From assembly GCA_031409335.1 (NCBI GenBank), contig JANNWY010000230.1:1-59183 (forward strand): DNA of 59,183 nucleotides. Direction: 5' to 3'. The notes below the pieces were generated by a model. The model saw only the letters and a program-made list of their open reading frames with translations. It did not search any database and had not been told where the DNA came from. Below, in pieces: positions 18,495 through 30,813 of the stretch. The first letter of the stretch is position 1. Each line of letters begins with the position of its first letter. This DNA comes from Chthoniobacteraceae bacterium. Its GTDB lineage: Bacteria > Verrucomicrobiota > Verrucomicrobiia > Chthoniobacterales > Chthoniobacteraceae. Position numbers and translations under genes: made by a program.

Positions 18495-19871
18495 TCAGTC
18501 GATGTCGTTGTCGATGATGCGGAGCAGCGCCTGATCGAGCGGGCCGAGAGTGGCTCCGCCGCGCGCGCGATAGAGGAACAGATTCACCGTTTCATCCGGC
18601 TCGTTCAGGCGGCGGTCGTCGAGGATGCGGACGTTGAACGTCTTGACGCGCTGGCCGGGGGCGAACTGGAGCGTGCCGAACGCCGGGAGGTAATCGTGAA
18701 ACGGCTGCGCGGTGCCGCGCCACGTGATGTAGGAGACCGACGAGGCGGCGGATGCATCGCCGTAGCGCACCACGCCGATGCTGGCCGAGCCGGCATTTTC
18801 CAAGACGCGATAGGACGGCGTCTGGAAGACGAGAGTCGCTGGCACTGCGCCGTTTTGGAGCCGGACGAGATGCGGCGTGGGCAGCTCGAGGTAACCGGCG
18901 ACGATGGCCTTGCCGTCGTATTGCACGGCGATGCCGTTCACGTTGTCCTCGGGGCCGTTGATGGGGACATCGAAAGTGGTGTCGCGCGCGCCATCCGGGA
19001 GAAAACGCGCGACGTAATCCCCGTCGAAAATCCCGCCCGCGAGGATGCGCCCGTCCCACGGCTGGACGGCAAGGCAGACCGCGCCGCCGCTGGCGATTTC
19101 GGTGGTAAAGGTGAGATCGAGCTGGCCATCGGCGAGCAGGCGGACGAGGCCGCTGCGGCTATTGCTCTGGGCGTCGCTGACCACTCCGGCGCCGACGAGG
19201 ATGCGACCGTCGGGAAGCAGGACGATCTCTCTCGCCCCGAAGTCCACGGAAAGAACTGCGAAGCTCGGATCGACAACTCCATTTCCCAAAAACCGAGTGA
19301 TCCCGTGGCTCCACCCGACGATCACGCGCCCGTCGGGCTGCGCGGCGACGGAATGGACGACGCTGCTGGCGGTCACCTCGCCCGAGAAGCCCGCATCGAC
19401 CTGCCCATCCGGCAGCAGCATCGTGAGATTCGCGCGGCCATTCGCGTAAAAGAATCCGCCAGCGAGGATGCGTCCGTCGGGGAGGATGGTGACGCAGGTG
19501 ACGTTGCCGCCCGGATAGCTCGGCGTGAAAGTGGGATCGGGCGAGCCGTCCGGCAGGAAGCGCAGCACGTAGCCTTCGCCGACATTCGCACCGCCAGCGA
19601 CGACCACTTTTCCATCCGGCTGAAGCGCGAGCGCGGAGAAGAAACCGTCCGCCGGAGTGGCGCCGCCGAACACCGTGTCGATCGCGCCGCCGGGCAGGTA
19701 GCGGATGATGTTGAATCCAGACGCGATGATTTTTCCATCGGGCTGAATGACGACCGCGAAGCTCTGCGATGGCGGAGTCGGGATCGCAAAGGTGGGATCG
19801 AGATCGCCAGGTGCGGCGAACGCGGATTGGACGCACAAAGTAGCGCAGACGGTGAGAATGAGGGAGCGCAT
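18495..19871 (-). CDS. Secreted delta-60 repeat protein with C-terminal Calx-beta domain
   Basis: APGDLDPTF, repeated QPDGKI/LPDGRIL...DG..D.TF; GTLQFAPGQRVKTFNVRILDD...EPDET; ATG at 19871. Confidence 0.85.
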   Translation of the reverse strand: MRSLILTVCATLCVQSAFAAPGDLDPTFAIPTPPSQSFAVVIQPDGKIIASGFNIIRYLPGGAIDTVFGGATPADGFFSALALQPDGKVVVAGGANVGEGYVLRFLPDGSPDPTFTPSYPGGNVTCVTILPDGRILAGGFFYANGRANLTMLLPDGQVDAGFSGEVTASSVVHSVAAQPDGRVIVGWSHGITRFLGNGVVDPSFAVLSVDFGAREIVLLPDGRILVGAGVVSDAQSNSRSGLVRLLADGQLDLTFTTEIASGGAVCLAVQPWDGRILAGGIFDGDYVARFLPDGARDTTFDVPINGPEDNVNGIAVQYDGKAIVAGYLELPTPHLVRLQNGAVPATLVFQTPSYRVLENAGSASIGVVRYGDASAASSVSYITWRGTAQPFHDYLPAFGTLQFAPGQRVKTFNVRILDDRRLNEPDETVNLFLYRARGGATLGPLDQALLRIIDNDID

Positions 19872-19963
19872 GGGAGGAAAGGCGCGGCGGGGAAAATCGC
19901 TGCGTGATGACGATTTACACGGAAACCCCCGGCCGTGCCAGCGGAGTTTGCGCGTCCGCACCG

Positions 19964-21055
19964 CTACAACCTGAGGTACCAGCCGCGACGATTCAGCCGC
20001 CAGACGACGAGCGCATTTGCGGCGATGAAGGCGAGCGTGATGAGCGCTGCCTGCCACAGCGGCGCAGCGCGCGGGAGCAGGAGCGAAAATGGCGCGTCGA
20101 GCAACGAATGGAGCAGGTAGGCAGCGAGGGCGTTCGCGCCGAACACGCTGAACAGCGACCACTGCCAGCGCCGCCGGTCGCACAGCCAGACGAACAGCGC
20201 GTACGCGGCCAGCGAGAAGCCAGTCGCAAACGTCAGGTACGACAGGCTGCCGGCGCGCTGGCTCATCGTCCACAGATCGACCGATCCGCGCGGCGGAAAA
20301 AACGGTGGCGCGGCCCAATGCCCGCCCGCGCCCAAACACGAGAGCGCGTAACCTCCGATCATCAGCACCGCGCCCCACGCGAGCAACGGCGTCTCCACCG
20401 ATCGCGCGGTCGTTTTTTCCCGCACCCAATCATGCGCGATCGAACCCGCGATCAGCGGCAGCGTCCATGTGAGAAAACCGAGCAGACCGCCGTCGATGAC
20501 GCGCTTTTCGTGCAGGAGACCGTACCAGAACCACGCTGAGAGCCCGAGATGAAGCAGCCCCGATCCGGCGGCGAAAAACACGCGCGTCCGGACGCGACAG
20601 AGGATCACCGGCAGCACCCACAGACTCGTGACGCCGATGTGGACGAGGGTTTGAAATGAATCCCGCCAGAAGCTTTTTTCGAGGAGCGCGAGCAGTCTCG
20701 GCCCGGCGAGATCATCCCATGTCAGCGTGACCAGATCGAGATCGTAAACCAGCAGCCCGATCCCGATCAGCAGCACGATGCGCCGCAGCACGCGGTGAAA
20801 TGCCGCGCTCGTCCCCCACTTTTCCCGATTCCGCAGCATCACCAGACGCAGCGCAAACCCGACCGCGAAAAAGAACTGCGGCATGATCGTGTCCGCGTAG
20901 CTGCACCAGGTGTTGTGATGTTTGAAGATTGGGGGAATCGCCGCAAAGCTGCCCGCGAAATTTACCAGCAGCATCCCGGCGACCGTGTAGCCGCGGAATT
21001 GATCCAGCGAAAGCAAGCGACCGGCAGCGGGAGAGTTGGCGGCGGGATCATGCAC
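19964..21055 (-). CDS. HGSNAT-like membrane acyltransferase (COG4299-type)
   Basis: RLLSLDQFRGYTV..MLLVN, YADTIMPQFFFAVG, FGANALAAY; GTG start inferred. Confidence 0.8.
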   Translation of the reverse strand: MHDPAANSPAAGRLLSLDQFRGYTVAGMLLVNFAGSFAAIPPIFKHHNTWCSYADTIMPQFFFAVGFALRLVMLRNREKWGTSAAFHRVLRRIVLLIGIGLLVYDLDLVTLTWDDLAGPRLLALLEKSFWRDSFQTLVHIGVTSLWVLPVILCRVRTRVFFAAGSGLLHLGLSAWFWYGLLHEKRVIDGGLLGFLTWTLPLIAGSIAHDWVREKTTARSVETPLLAWGAVLMIGGYALSCLGAGGHWAAPPFFPPRGSVDLWTMSQRAGSLSYLTFATGFSLAAYALFVWLCDRRRWQWSLFSVFGANALAAYLLHSLLDAPFSLLLPRAAPLWQAALITLAFIAANALVVWRLNRRGWYLRL

Positions 21056-21160
21056 GGAGCGGGTGCTTATCGGTCTCGCGCGAACGCGACAAGCCGGGAA
21101 CGGCGTGGATCGCCAGTTGCGCAACGCGCCGATGCGGGCACATTGCAGAAGTCCCCGTCT

Positions 21161-24100
21161 ATGCTCCGCAAAACCCTTCCCCTTGTGGCTTTGTGCCTCG
21201 CGCTCACCCTCTCATCTGCCTCGGCTCAAAACGTCGTCATCCACGAAGTTAGCTCCGTGCAGAGCGACCGGCGGCTGCAATTTCCGCCCGGCGCGCTGCC
21301 GAAACTGGGGGCGCTGCCGCGCTGGCACGAACTCGATTTCACGCTGCCCTCGTGGTGGCAGAGCGGCGCGGGGCCGTTTGGATTTGGCTACACTCAGACG
21401 GCGAATTTGCAGACGCCGATGGTCGGGAAAACGCCAGCCGTGTATTTGCGGAAAGAGTTCACGCTTTCCGCCGCCACGGCGGCGAGCGCGCTGCCGCTGC
21501 AATTGCTGATCGATTACGACGATGGCTTCGTCGCGTTCCTAAATGGGCAGGAAATCGCGCGACGGAACACGGGCGCGGCGGGGACTTTCGCGTGGCACTA
21601 TCAGGAGGCTTTTAATGTGAAGACGGCGGCTGGCACGGAGACGATCGCGCTCGGCGCGGGGAGCACGCGGCTGCGCGAGGGACTGAACGTGCTCGCGATC
21701 CAGGTCCACAACAGCGACCGCGCGAACACGCAACTGCGCTGCGCCGCGACGCTCGCGTTCAGCGGTGGAGCCACGCTCGTGGCCGCGGCGGATTCGTGGA
21801 GTTACTTCGTGGGCACGCACGAGCCGGCGGGCGGACTTTACGACGGCACGGATTTCACCGCTGCCCTCGCGCCCGGCCCGGACTGGACGCAAAACAACTA
21901 TGCCGATGCGACGTGGACGCTCGCCAACGGCGCGCTCGGCTACGACGCCGCCGCCGACTACGTGCCGCAGCTCGGCACGAATCTCACCGCGCTCATGCGC
22001 AACATCGCGATGAGCGTTTACATGCGGCGCGAATTCACGCTCACGCAGTCGCAGTTCGACCAGCTTTCCGCGACGACGCTCACGGTCGATTGGGACGATG
22101 GTTACGTGCTCTATCTCAATGGCTATGAGCTTTCGCGGAGCAGTCTCCCCGGCGCTTCGGGGAGTTTCGTCGCGTTTAATCAGGCGGCGACCGGCCACGG
22201 CGCGCAGTTCGACGGCGGGGCGAACAATCCCGCGCTCGTCGCGTCCATCCCGGTCGCAAAAAATCTGCTGCGCGTCGGGCGCAACGTGATTTCCGCGCAG
22301 TTGCACAACGAGACAATCGGCAGCTCGGACCTGCTGCTCGACGTGCGTTTCAGCGGCGTCAGCAGTGGCAATACACTGACGTGGGTGACGCTCAGTTCGC
22401 CGTGGCGCTACCGGATCGCGACGAGCGAATTCGCCACGCCCGCGGTGCCGGCCGCGGGGCTCATCGCGCCGGAGTTTTTGGATTGGATCGAGCTGAAAAA
22501 CAACGGCGTCACCGATGCGGACATCAGCGGGTGGCTGCTCACCGATGAGCTGGACACACCGGCGAAATGGGCGTTCCCGGCGGGGACGACGATTCCGGCG
22601 GGCGGTTTTTTGGTCGTCGCGTGCAGCGGGCGAAATGTGGTCGCGCCCGCGCCGGGCGGGATGTTGCACACCAGTTTTTCGCTCGGCGCGAAAGGCGAAT
22701 ATCTCGCGCTGCGCGATGCCGCGAACGTGATCCAGAGCGTGCTCCCGGAAGTGCCGGATCAGGATGCGTTTCATTCGTGGGGCGTCGATGCGGGCAGCGG
22801 TCAATACCGCTATCTCGACGCCGCGACGCCGGGCGCGGCGAACGTCGCGGGCACACTCACCGACATCACGAGCGAGGTTAATTTTGACAAGCCGACCGGC
22901 TTTCACACCACGCCGCTGACCGTCGCGCTCTCGACGCTCACGCCCGGCGCGAGCATCCGCTACACGCTCGATGGCAGCGATCCGGTGAGCACGAGCACGC
23001 TCTACTCCGCGCCGTTCGATCCCACCGTGCAACCCGCCGTCGGCCCCGGCGCGGGCACGATTTTGCGCGAGATGTTCCAGTGGAACTCGGGCACTTTCGT
23101 GCCGCCCGCGAGCCTGCCGCCGGGCGCGGTGCCGACGGTTTCGCAACTGCTCACGCAACTCGAAACACCGAGCAACACCAGCGACTATTACACCCATCGC
23201 GTGCGCGGTTTCCTGCATCCGCCAGCGACTGGCAGCTATCAGTTTTGGCTCGCGACGGACGACGATGGCGAGCTGTGGCTGAGCACGACGAATCTTCCCG
23301 TCAACAAAGCCCGCATCGCCCACATCACCGGCAACTGGGCATCGCCGCGCGAGTGGACGAAGCATCCCACGCAGCAGTCCGTGCCGGTGGCACTGACGGC
23401 GGGGCAATCGTATTACATTGAGGCGCTCCAGAGCGAGGGCTCGGGCGGCGACAATCTCGCCGTCGGCTGGAGCGGCCCCGGTCTGCCCGCGGGCATCAAT
23501 GTCATCGAAGGCCGCTACCTTTCCCCGCCCTCGACGCTGCCGCCGGGCACCACCTCGCCGCCATCGCAGGGCACCGTGCGCGCGCGCGCATTCGCGGCAG
23601 ATCGGCTGCCGAGTGAAGTGCGGACGCGCAATTATGTCACCGGCATGGACGCGCGGCTGGCGACCGTGCCCGCGTTCTTTTTCAGCGGCCCGGCAGCGGA
23701 GACTTTTTACAATGGCAACGGCATCTTCGCGCAGTCCGGCGGGAGCTGGCCGTCGGGCTCGTGGGTGCCGGGCGACGCGCGCTTCGACTACAATTTCTGC
23801 CTCGCGAACGGCGATGCTTTCGAGCGGCCCGCGTCGCTCGAAATCGTGAATCCCGGCAACGTCATCCTCGAACGGACGACGGTCGGGATGCGCTTCGCCG
23901 GATCGCCGTGGTCGCGCCCGCAGTATCAGCTCCAAAATGTGGCGACGAGCCAGTGGAATTCCGGCGCGCACAACAAGCCGCAGGTGAACCTCTGCTTCCG
24001 CGGCGACTTCGGAGTTTCCACTTTGAAGATCAACAATTTTTTCCCGACGAGCACGCTCGACGAGTGGGACACGATCCGGCTGCGCGCGGGAAAAAACGAT

Positions 24101-25963
24101 CCCTACAACCCATTCAATGTCGATGAGTGGATGCGCGAAAGTTTCGCCGGAATGGGCGCGCCGTCGCCGCAGGGCACGATCGCGACGCTGTTCATCAACG
24201 GGCAGTTCAAGAGTTACTTCAATCCGTGCGAGCGCCCGCGCGAATCGTTTTTCCAGAGCTTCTACGGCAGCGGAAACGCGTGGGACGTGAACTACATTTG
24301 GGAGTGGGAAAACGGCGACGGCACGGCCTACGCGGTGATGGACACGTTCTTCCGCAACAATGATTTCGCGACGCTCGCGAACTACCAAACTGGCGCGACG
24401 CATTGGGACATGGCGAACGTCGCCGACTACGTGATCATCAACGGCTGGGGCGCGACGCAGGACTGGCCGCACAATAATTTCACCTTCTGCCGCGAACGCG
24501 CACCGGGCGCGAAATGGCGCTGGTCGATGTGGGACGCGGAGGGCGCGCTCGGGATGTTCGGGCAGGCGAATACGCACAACTCTTTCGAGAGCGAGCTGCA
24601 CGTTTCCAGCGCGAGCGCCATCAACTCGGAGGGCACCACGGCGGCGCTCGTCTTTCGCCGTGCGCATCAAAACGCGGAGTTCAAAATGCTCTTCGCCGAC
24701 CGGCTGCAAAAACACTTTTTCAACGGCGGCTGCATGACGCCCGCGAACCGCGATGCGCGCTGGAATGCGCTGCGCGCGAAAGTCGAGCCGCTCGTGAATG
24801 CGGTCTTCGGCGGCGGCTTTTACAACGGGCATTGGGACAACTGGCTGGGCCGCGACGCGACCTTCCTCGCGCAGGCGCGCGCCATTGGCCTGTGGCCCGT
24901 CACGCAGGCTCCGACGCTGACGCCCTTCGGTGGCGCGGTGGCCGCGGCGACGCTGGTGAACCCGAACGCGGGCGGCGTGATTTATTTCACTACAAACGGC
25001 GCGGACCCGCGCGCGGTCGGCGGTGCGATCCAGGGCACGAGCTACACCGCTGCGATTCCGGTGACCGGCCCCTTTACCGTGAAAGCGCGCGTGCGCAGCG
25101 TGGGCGGCGAGTGGTCGCCGCTCGTCGAGGCGGACTTCGCGCCATCGCAAATCCCGCGCGTGATCATCAGCGAAATGCACTACAACCCGCCCGGCTCCAC
25201 TGACGCGACCGAGTTCGTCGAGCTGCTCAACGCTGGCACCACTCCGGCGCAATTGAACGGCGCGCATTTCACCTCGGGTATCGACTACACCTTCGGAAAC
25301 GTGACGCTCGCGCCCGGCCAGACTTTCGTGCTCGTGAAAGACGCGGTCGCTTTCGCCGCCGCGTATCCCGCCGTGACGATCGGCGGCGTCTTCACCGGCG
25401 CGTTGGATAACAACGGCGAAACGATCACCTTCCGCGATATCGCCGAGCAGATTATTTTCAACGTGACGTACGGCGACAGCAACATCCCCGGCTGGCCGAT
25501 CGCCGCCGATGGCGACGGTTCGACGCTCGTGTTGCGCCGTCCCTTTCACACCAACACCAACCCAATGCTCGCCGCAAACTGGCGCGCGAGCACGACCGCG
25601 GGCGGCAAGCCCGGCACGGTCGATTCCACCGTCTTCACCGGCACCGCGACCGCCGACCTCGACAAGGACGGCCACACCGCGCTGGCGGAATACGCGTTCG
25701 GAACCAGCGACGCAAATCCCGCCTCATGCCCGCAATTCGCGATGAGCCGCGACCTCGCCGGCCATCTTGTCATCACGTTCGATCATCCCGAGGCTGCGGA
25801 CGACGTGGTGCTCGAAGGCATCGAAAGCACAAATCTCAGCGCGTGGTCCGACGCGGTTTTTGAAAGCGAAACCGTGGCCTCGCCTGGCTGGCTGCGCGCG
25901 ACATGGCGCTCGAATGCGACCGGCTCACCCGCGTTCCTAAAAGTGCGCGTGCGGCTGGAGTAA
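21161..25963 (+). CDS. Large secreted lamin-tail / PA14 / chitobiase-like / CotH-kinase multidomain protein
   Basis: Signal peptide; DWIELKN and ISEMHYNP..EFVEL (LTD); IRYTLDGSDP; GFLHPPATGSYQFWLATDD (PA14); DWPHNN...WSMWDAE (CotH); ATG at 21161. Confidence 0.85.
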   Translation: MLRKTLPLVALCLALTLSSASAQNVVIHEVSSVQSDRRLQFPPGALPKLGALPRWHELDFTLPSWWQSGAGPFGFGYTQTANLQTPMVGKTPAVYLRKEFTLSAATAASALPLQLLIDYDDGFVAFLNGQEIARRNTGAAGTFAWHYQEAFNVKTAAGTETIALGAGSTRLREGLNVLAIQVHNSDRANTQLRCAATLAFSGGATLVAAADSWSYFVGTHEPAGGLYDGTDFTAALAPGPDWTQNNYADATWTLANGALGYDAAADYVPQLGTNLTALMRNIAMSVYMRREFTLTQSQFDQLSATTLTVDWDDGYVLYLNGYELSRSSLPGASGSFVAFNQAATGHGAQFDGGANNPALVASIPVAKNLLRVGRNVISAQLHNETIGSSDLLLDVRFSGVSSGNTLTWVTLSSPWRYRIATSEFATPAVPAAGLIAPEFLDWIELKNNGVTDADISGWLLTDELDTPAKWAFPAGTTIPAGGFLVVACSGRNVVAPAPGGMLHTSFSLGAKGEYLALRDAANVIQSVLPEVPDQDAFHSWGVDAGSGQYRYLDAATPGAANVAGTLTDITSEVNFDKPTGFHTTPLTVALSTLTPGASIRYTLDGSDPVSTSTLYSAPFDPTVQPAVGPGAGTILREMFQWNSGTFVPPASLPPGAVPTVSQLLTQLETPSNTSDYYTHRVRGFLHPPATGSYQFWLATDDDGELWLSTTNLPVNKARIAHITGNWASPREWTKHPTQQSVPVALTAGQSYYIEALQSEGSGGDNLAVGWSGPGLPAGINVIEGRYLSPPSTLPPGTTSPPSQGTVRARAFAADRLPSEVRTRNYVTGMDARLATVPAFFFSGPAAETFYNGNGIFAQSGGSWPSGSWVPGDARFDYNFCLANGDAFERPASLEIVNPGNVILERTTVGMRFAGSPWSRPQYQLQNVATSQWNSGAHNKPQVNLCFRGDFGVSTLKINNFFPTSTLDEWDTIRLRAGKNDPYNPFNVDEWMRESFAGMGAPSPQGTIATLFINGQFKSYFNPCERPRESFFQSFYGSGNAWDVNYIWEWENGDGTAYAVMDTFFRNNDFATLANYQTGATHWDMANVADYVIINGWGATQDWPHNNFTFCRERAPGAKWRWSMWDAEGALGMFGQANTHNSFESELHVSSASAINSEGTTAALVFRRAHQNAEFKMLFADRLQKHFFNGGCMTPANRDARWNALRAKVEPLVNAVFGGGFYNGHWDNWLGRDATFLAQARAIGLWPVTQAPTLTPFGGAVAAATLVNPNAGGVIYFTTNGADPRAVGGAIQGTSYTAAIPVTGPFTVKARVRSVGGEWSPLVEADFAPSQIPRVIISEMHYNPPGSTDATEFVELLNAGTTPAQLNGAHFTSGIDYTFGNVTLAPGQTFVLVKDAVAFAAAYPAVTIGGVFTGALDNNGETITFRDIAEQIIFNVTYGDSNIPGWPIAADGDGSTLVLRRPFHTNTNPMLAANWRASTTAGGKPGTVDSTVFTGTATADLDKDGHTALAEYAFGTSDANPASCPQFAMSRDLAGHLVITFDHPEAADDVVLEGIESTNLSAWSDAVFESETVASPGWLRATWRSNATGSPAFLKVRVRLE

Positions 25964-25977
25964 AAGTAGCGCAGCGT

Positions 25978-27897
25978 TCACGCGAGTCGCGCGAGGATCG
26001 CCTCGACATCATAGACGCAGCCGCCCCACGTTCCGCCGCTCGCGTTTTGCATCGCGGCCCAGAGGCGCGTGTCGGCGGGCAGCGCGGGATGCGGCGCGAG
26101 GTCTTCGCGCGACGCGCGTTCGGCCAGGATTTGCGCGGCATTTTCTGCGATGAAATTCACGCTGCCGGCCATCTGCACGCGGTCGATTTCGATGCGGATG
26201 AGGTCGCCATCGAGCAGCTTTCCGAGCGGACCGCCAGCCAGCGCTTCCGGCCCGATGTGGCCGATGCACGCGCCCGTACTGACGCCGGAAAACCGCGCGT
26301 CGGTGAGCAGCGCGACGTGTTTGCCGAGTGGCAGCGCCTTGAGCGCGGAAGTGATTTGGTAAGTCTCCTCCATGCCCGTGCCGAGCGGCCCGATGCCCGC
26401 GAGCACGAGCGTGTCGCCCGCCTGCACGCGGCCTTCGCGGAGCGCGGCGATGGCGGCAGCTTCGCTGGTGAAAACGCGCGCGGGGCCGGTGTGGCGATAG
26501 ACGCCATCGGCATCGACCACGCTCGCGTCGATCGCCGTCGCTTTGATGACGCTGCCCTCGGGCGCGAGATTTCCGACGGGGAAAACGAGCGTGCCCGTGA
26601 GCCCGCGCTCCTTCGCGCGATCCGGCGACATGATGACTTCGTCGGGATCGACGCCGTCCTTTTCCAAAAGCAATGCGCGGAATTTTTCTCGGCGCGGGCT
26701 GCATTCCCAGGCGTCGAGATTTTCGCCGAGCGTCGCGCCCGTGGCAGTGAGGACGCCGAGATCGAGCAGGCCGAGCGCGCGCAGATGCAGCATCACTTCC
26801 GGCACGCCGCCCGCGAGAAAGACGCGCACGGTCGGGTGATATTGCGGACCGTTTGGCAGCACATCGACGAGCCGCGGCGTGCTGCGATTTACTTCGATCC
26901 AATCCTCCACGCGCGGCCGTGGAAGCCCCGCGGCGTGGGCGATCGCGGGGATGTGCAGCAGCAGATTCGTCGAGCCGCCGAACGCCGCGTGGACGACCAT
27001 CGCATTGCGAATACTCGCGGGCGTGAGCAAGTCGCGACTCGCGATTTTTCGCTCTTCCAAAGCCACGAGCGCCCGCGCGCTGCGCGTCGCGAGTTCCGTC
27101 CAAACCGGCTGCCCGCTCGGCGCGAGCGCGCTGTGCGGAAGCGCCATCCCGAGTGCTTCGGCGACCACTTGCGCCGTCGCCGCAGTGCCGAGGAACTGAC
27201 AGCCGCCGCCCGCCGAAGCGCACGCGCGGCAACCGAGTTCCGACGCTTCTTTCAACGAAATCAGCCCGCGCGAATACCGCGCGCCGATCGTCTGCACCGC
27301 GCCCGCGTCCTCGCCATTCGTGGGCGGCAGCGTCACGCCGCCCGGCACGAGCACGCTCGGTAAATCACGCATCGCCGCGAGCGCCATCATCATCGCGGGC
27401 AGACCCTTGTCGCACGTCGCCACGCCGAGCACCCCGGCGCGGCGCGGCAGCGAGCGGATGAGGCGGCGGAAGACGACCGCGGCGTCGTTGCGATACGGCA
27501 GCGAGTCAAACATCCCGGTCGTGCCCTGCGTCCGCCCATCGCACGGATCGCTGCACATCGCCGCGAAAGGCACCGTGCCCAGCCGTCGGAATTCCCGCGC
27601 CGCTGCCTCGACCAGCAGCCCGATTTCCCAATGCCCCGTGTGATAACCCAGCGCGATCGGCGCACCATCCGGCGCGCGCAATCCGCCCTGCGTGGAAAGG
27701 ATGAGAAACTGCCGTCCATTTGCCAGAGCCGCTTCCCAGCCCATCCCGACATTTTGCGTCAGCCCAAACAGATCGCCGCTCGGACTGCCGCGCAGCAACT
27801 CATCCGTCAGCGGAAGCGCGCCCGCCGGCCCTGGCTGGCGCGTCGTAATTTTGAAAATGGCATCGTCATCGGGGAAAATCGCGTCTGGCATGGCCAC
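25978..27897 (-). CDS. YjhG/YagF-family D-xylonate dehydratase (IlvD/Edd family)
   Basis: [49 protein letters not shown]. Confidence 0.9.
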   Translation of the reverse strand: MAMPDAIFPDDDAIFKITTRQPGPAGALPLTDELLRGSPSGDLFGLTQNVGMGWEAALANGRQFLILSTQGGLRAPDGAPIALGYHTGHWEIGLLVEAAAREFRRLGTVPFAAMCSDPCDGRTQGTTGMFDSLPYRNDAAVVFRRLIRSLPRRAGVLGVATCDKGLPAMMMALAAMRDLPSVLVPGGVTLPPTNGEDAGAVQTIGARYSRGLISLKEASELGCRACASAGGGCQFLGTAATAQVVAEALGMALPHSALAPSGQPVWTELATRSARALVALEERKIASRDLLTPASIRNAMVVHAAFGGSTNLLLHIPAIAHAAGLPRPRVEDWIEVNRSTPRLVDVLPNGPQYHPTVRVFLAGGVPEVMLHLRALGLLDLGVLTATGATLGENLDAWECSPRREKFRALLLEKDGVDPDEVIMSPDRAKERGLTGTLVFPVGNLAPEGSVIKATAIDASVVDADGVYRHTGPARVFTSEAAAIAALREGRVQAGDTLVLAGIGPLGTGMEETYQITSALKALPLGKHVALLTDARFSGVSTGACIGHIGPEALAGGPLGKLLDGDLIRIEIDRVQMAGSVNFIAENAAQILAERASREDLAPHPALPADTRLWAAMQNASGGTWGGCVYDVEAILARLA

Positions 27898-27978
27898 GAC
27901 TCTGGCAGAGCGCGCGCCTGAAATTCCACTGGCAAGTTCCCGCCCCCCGCATATTCTCGCGTCCCGATTTCGGAAAAC

Positions 27979-28053
27979 GCGCGCTTAGCTCAGTGGTAGA
28001 GCGCTTGCTTCACACGCAAGAAGTCACAGGTTCGAACCCTGTAGCGCGCACCA
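27979..28053 (+). tRNA. tRNA-Val (anticodon CAC)
   Basis: GCGCGCT/AGCGCGC acceptor stem, D arm, CTTGC-TTCACAC-GCAAG anticodon arm, GGTTCGAACC T arm, encoded CCA. Confidence 0.97.
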
Positions 28054-28119
28054 TCCTTGTCATTCCGAGGATTTGACCCGCGCGTCCGCCGCTGGCATTC
28101 TTGCGCGCACGAGCAACGC

Positions 28120-28524
28120 ATGAAAATTTTGACTCAGTTCGCCGCGACCCTTCTTGCATTCGGACAAATCGCGCTGCGTGCCGACGACGAAAAAGCCCTC
28201 ATTGGGATTTGGAAAGGCGGGATGCCCGGTGAGCCTCCGGGAAGCATCGAGTTGACGATCACTCCCACCAAGATCACCGGGCGCAATTCGCGCACTGGCG
28301 AAAGTCTCGGCGAGGGCAGCTATGAATTGGATTCCGCCAGGAAGACCATTGATGCTCTCCGCAGCAAAAAAGGTCAACGTGGAGTGAAGTATTGGGGCCT
28401 CTACTCGTTGGAAGGCAAAACCCTGAAATGGGTTTCTACGAGCCGTGGAAAAAAGCGCCCCGTAGACCTCGTCCACCGACCTGAGCGTGATCAATTCCTG
28501 ATGATTTTAGAGCGGCAGCGTTAG
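28120..28524 (+). CDS. Secreted TIGR03067-like protein
   Basis: Signal peptide, LIGIW, YELD...KTID, GLYSLEGKTLK. Confidence 0.7.
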   Translation: MKILTQFAATLLAFGQIALRADDEKALIGIWKGGMPGEPPGSIELTITPTKITGRNSRTGESLGEGSYELDSARKTIDALRSKKGQRGVKYWGLYSLEGKTLKWVSTSRGKKRPVDLVHRPERDQFLMILERQR

Positions 28525-28696
28525 CGACAAACGCGCCTGGCACTGCTGCCAAAGGATCGCGCGGGGCAAACCACGGCAGGCACTTCTTTCCAAGACAATG
28601 TCGCGGCCCATGCAAGAAGAGCGGGAAACACGGATCGAGTATTTCCACGCGCACGTGAACTTCGCGATTTGTCACGCCCGGATCGGCCTTTCCCGT

Positions 28697-29056
28697 TCAA
28701 TGCATCAATTCAGACCCAAACATCCACACAAACCCGAGGCAGCCCGCGCTGCCGAGGATGAGGCAGATGATCTTTGGGAGATTGAGCGTGCGCCAGTTGC
28801 AGACGGCGATGAGGCCGATGAGCAGACCGATGAGCGCGGGGGCCATGCCCAGGACATTGAGGATGTGGACGGCGGTGCGCGAGAGGCCTGCTGCTGAGGT
28901 TTGGTTCGCCATCACGACGACAATGAACATGAATGTCCACGGTAGCTCGAAAATGGCGGCGAAGAACGGCACATACGCGGTGTGGGCGATGGTCCATTTT
29001 CGGCGGGACGGGATCGGTGGCAGTGAGGCGGGGCTTTCCGCCGGTGGTTTTGGCAT
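28697..29056 (-). CDS. Hypothetical membrane protein
   Basis: MPKPPAESP start and three hydrophobic segments. Confidence 0.55.
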   Translation of the reverse strand: MPKPPAESPASLPPIPSRRKWTIAHTAYVPFFAAIFELPWTFMFIVVVMANQTSAAGLSRTAVHILNVLGMAPALIGLLIGLIAVCNWRTLNLPKIICLILGSAGCLGFVWMFGSELMH

Positions 29057-29284
29057 GTGCGTTTGGAGGCATTTCACGGCGGCAGTGGCGAGCGCCCCAA
29101 TGGTGAGGCTCTGACCGCGTTCGTGTGGAAGGATACTTGTGAAAGTCGCCCGTTCGCAAGTAACTCGCTTTTGGCGGAGTCCCAAGTGCGGGCCTGGAGG
29201 TGGAACGCGTTGTGCGTCCACGACTTTCCAATTAAGAAACCACAGTGCCGCCGGTTGACTCGGCAGCGCAGCCTAGAACCGACC

Positions 29285-30634
<1,350 letters not shown>

Positions 30635-30813
30635 AATGGGGCGCGCGGAATGCGCGGCTGCGGATTAGCGACGGACGGGCTGCGCCACTCCGCAGAGCCA
30701 TGGTTCTTTTTTTCGAGACAGACATCATTGAGGATGAGGGGTAAGAGCTTTTGCTAGACAAAACGCGGGGGTTTCGCTGGGACGGGCTGGGATGAACAAT
30801 TTGTGGACCCTTG

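Noticed and set aside
21539..25675. 1378-aa minus-strand ORF
   Set aside because: Antisense shadow of the CotH gene; Arg/Ala-rich with no motifs, as expected at high GC
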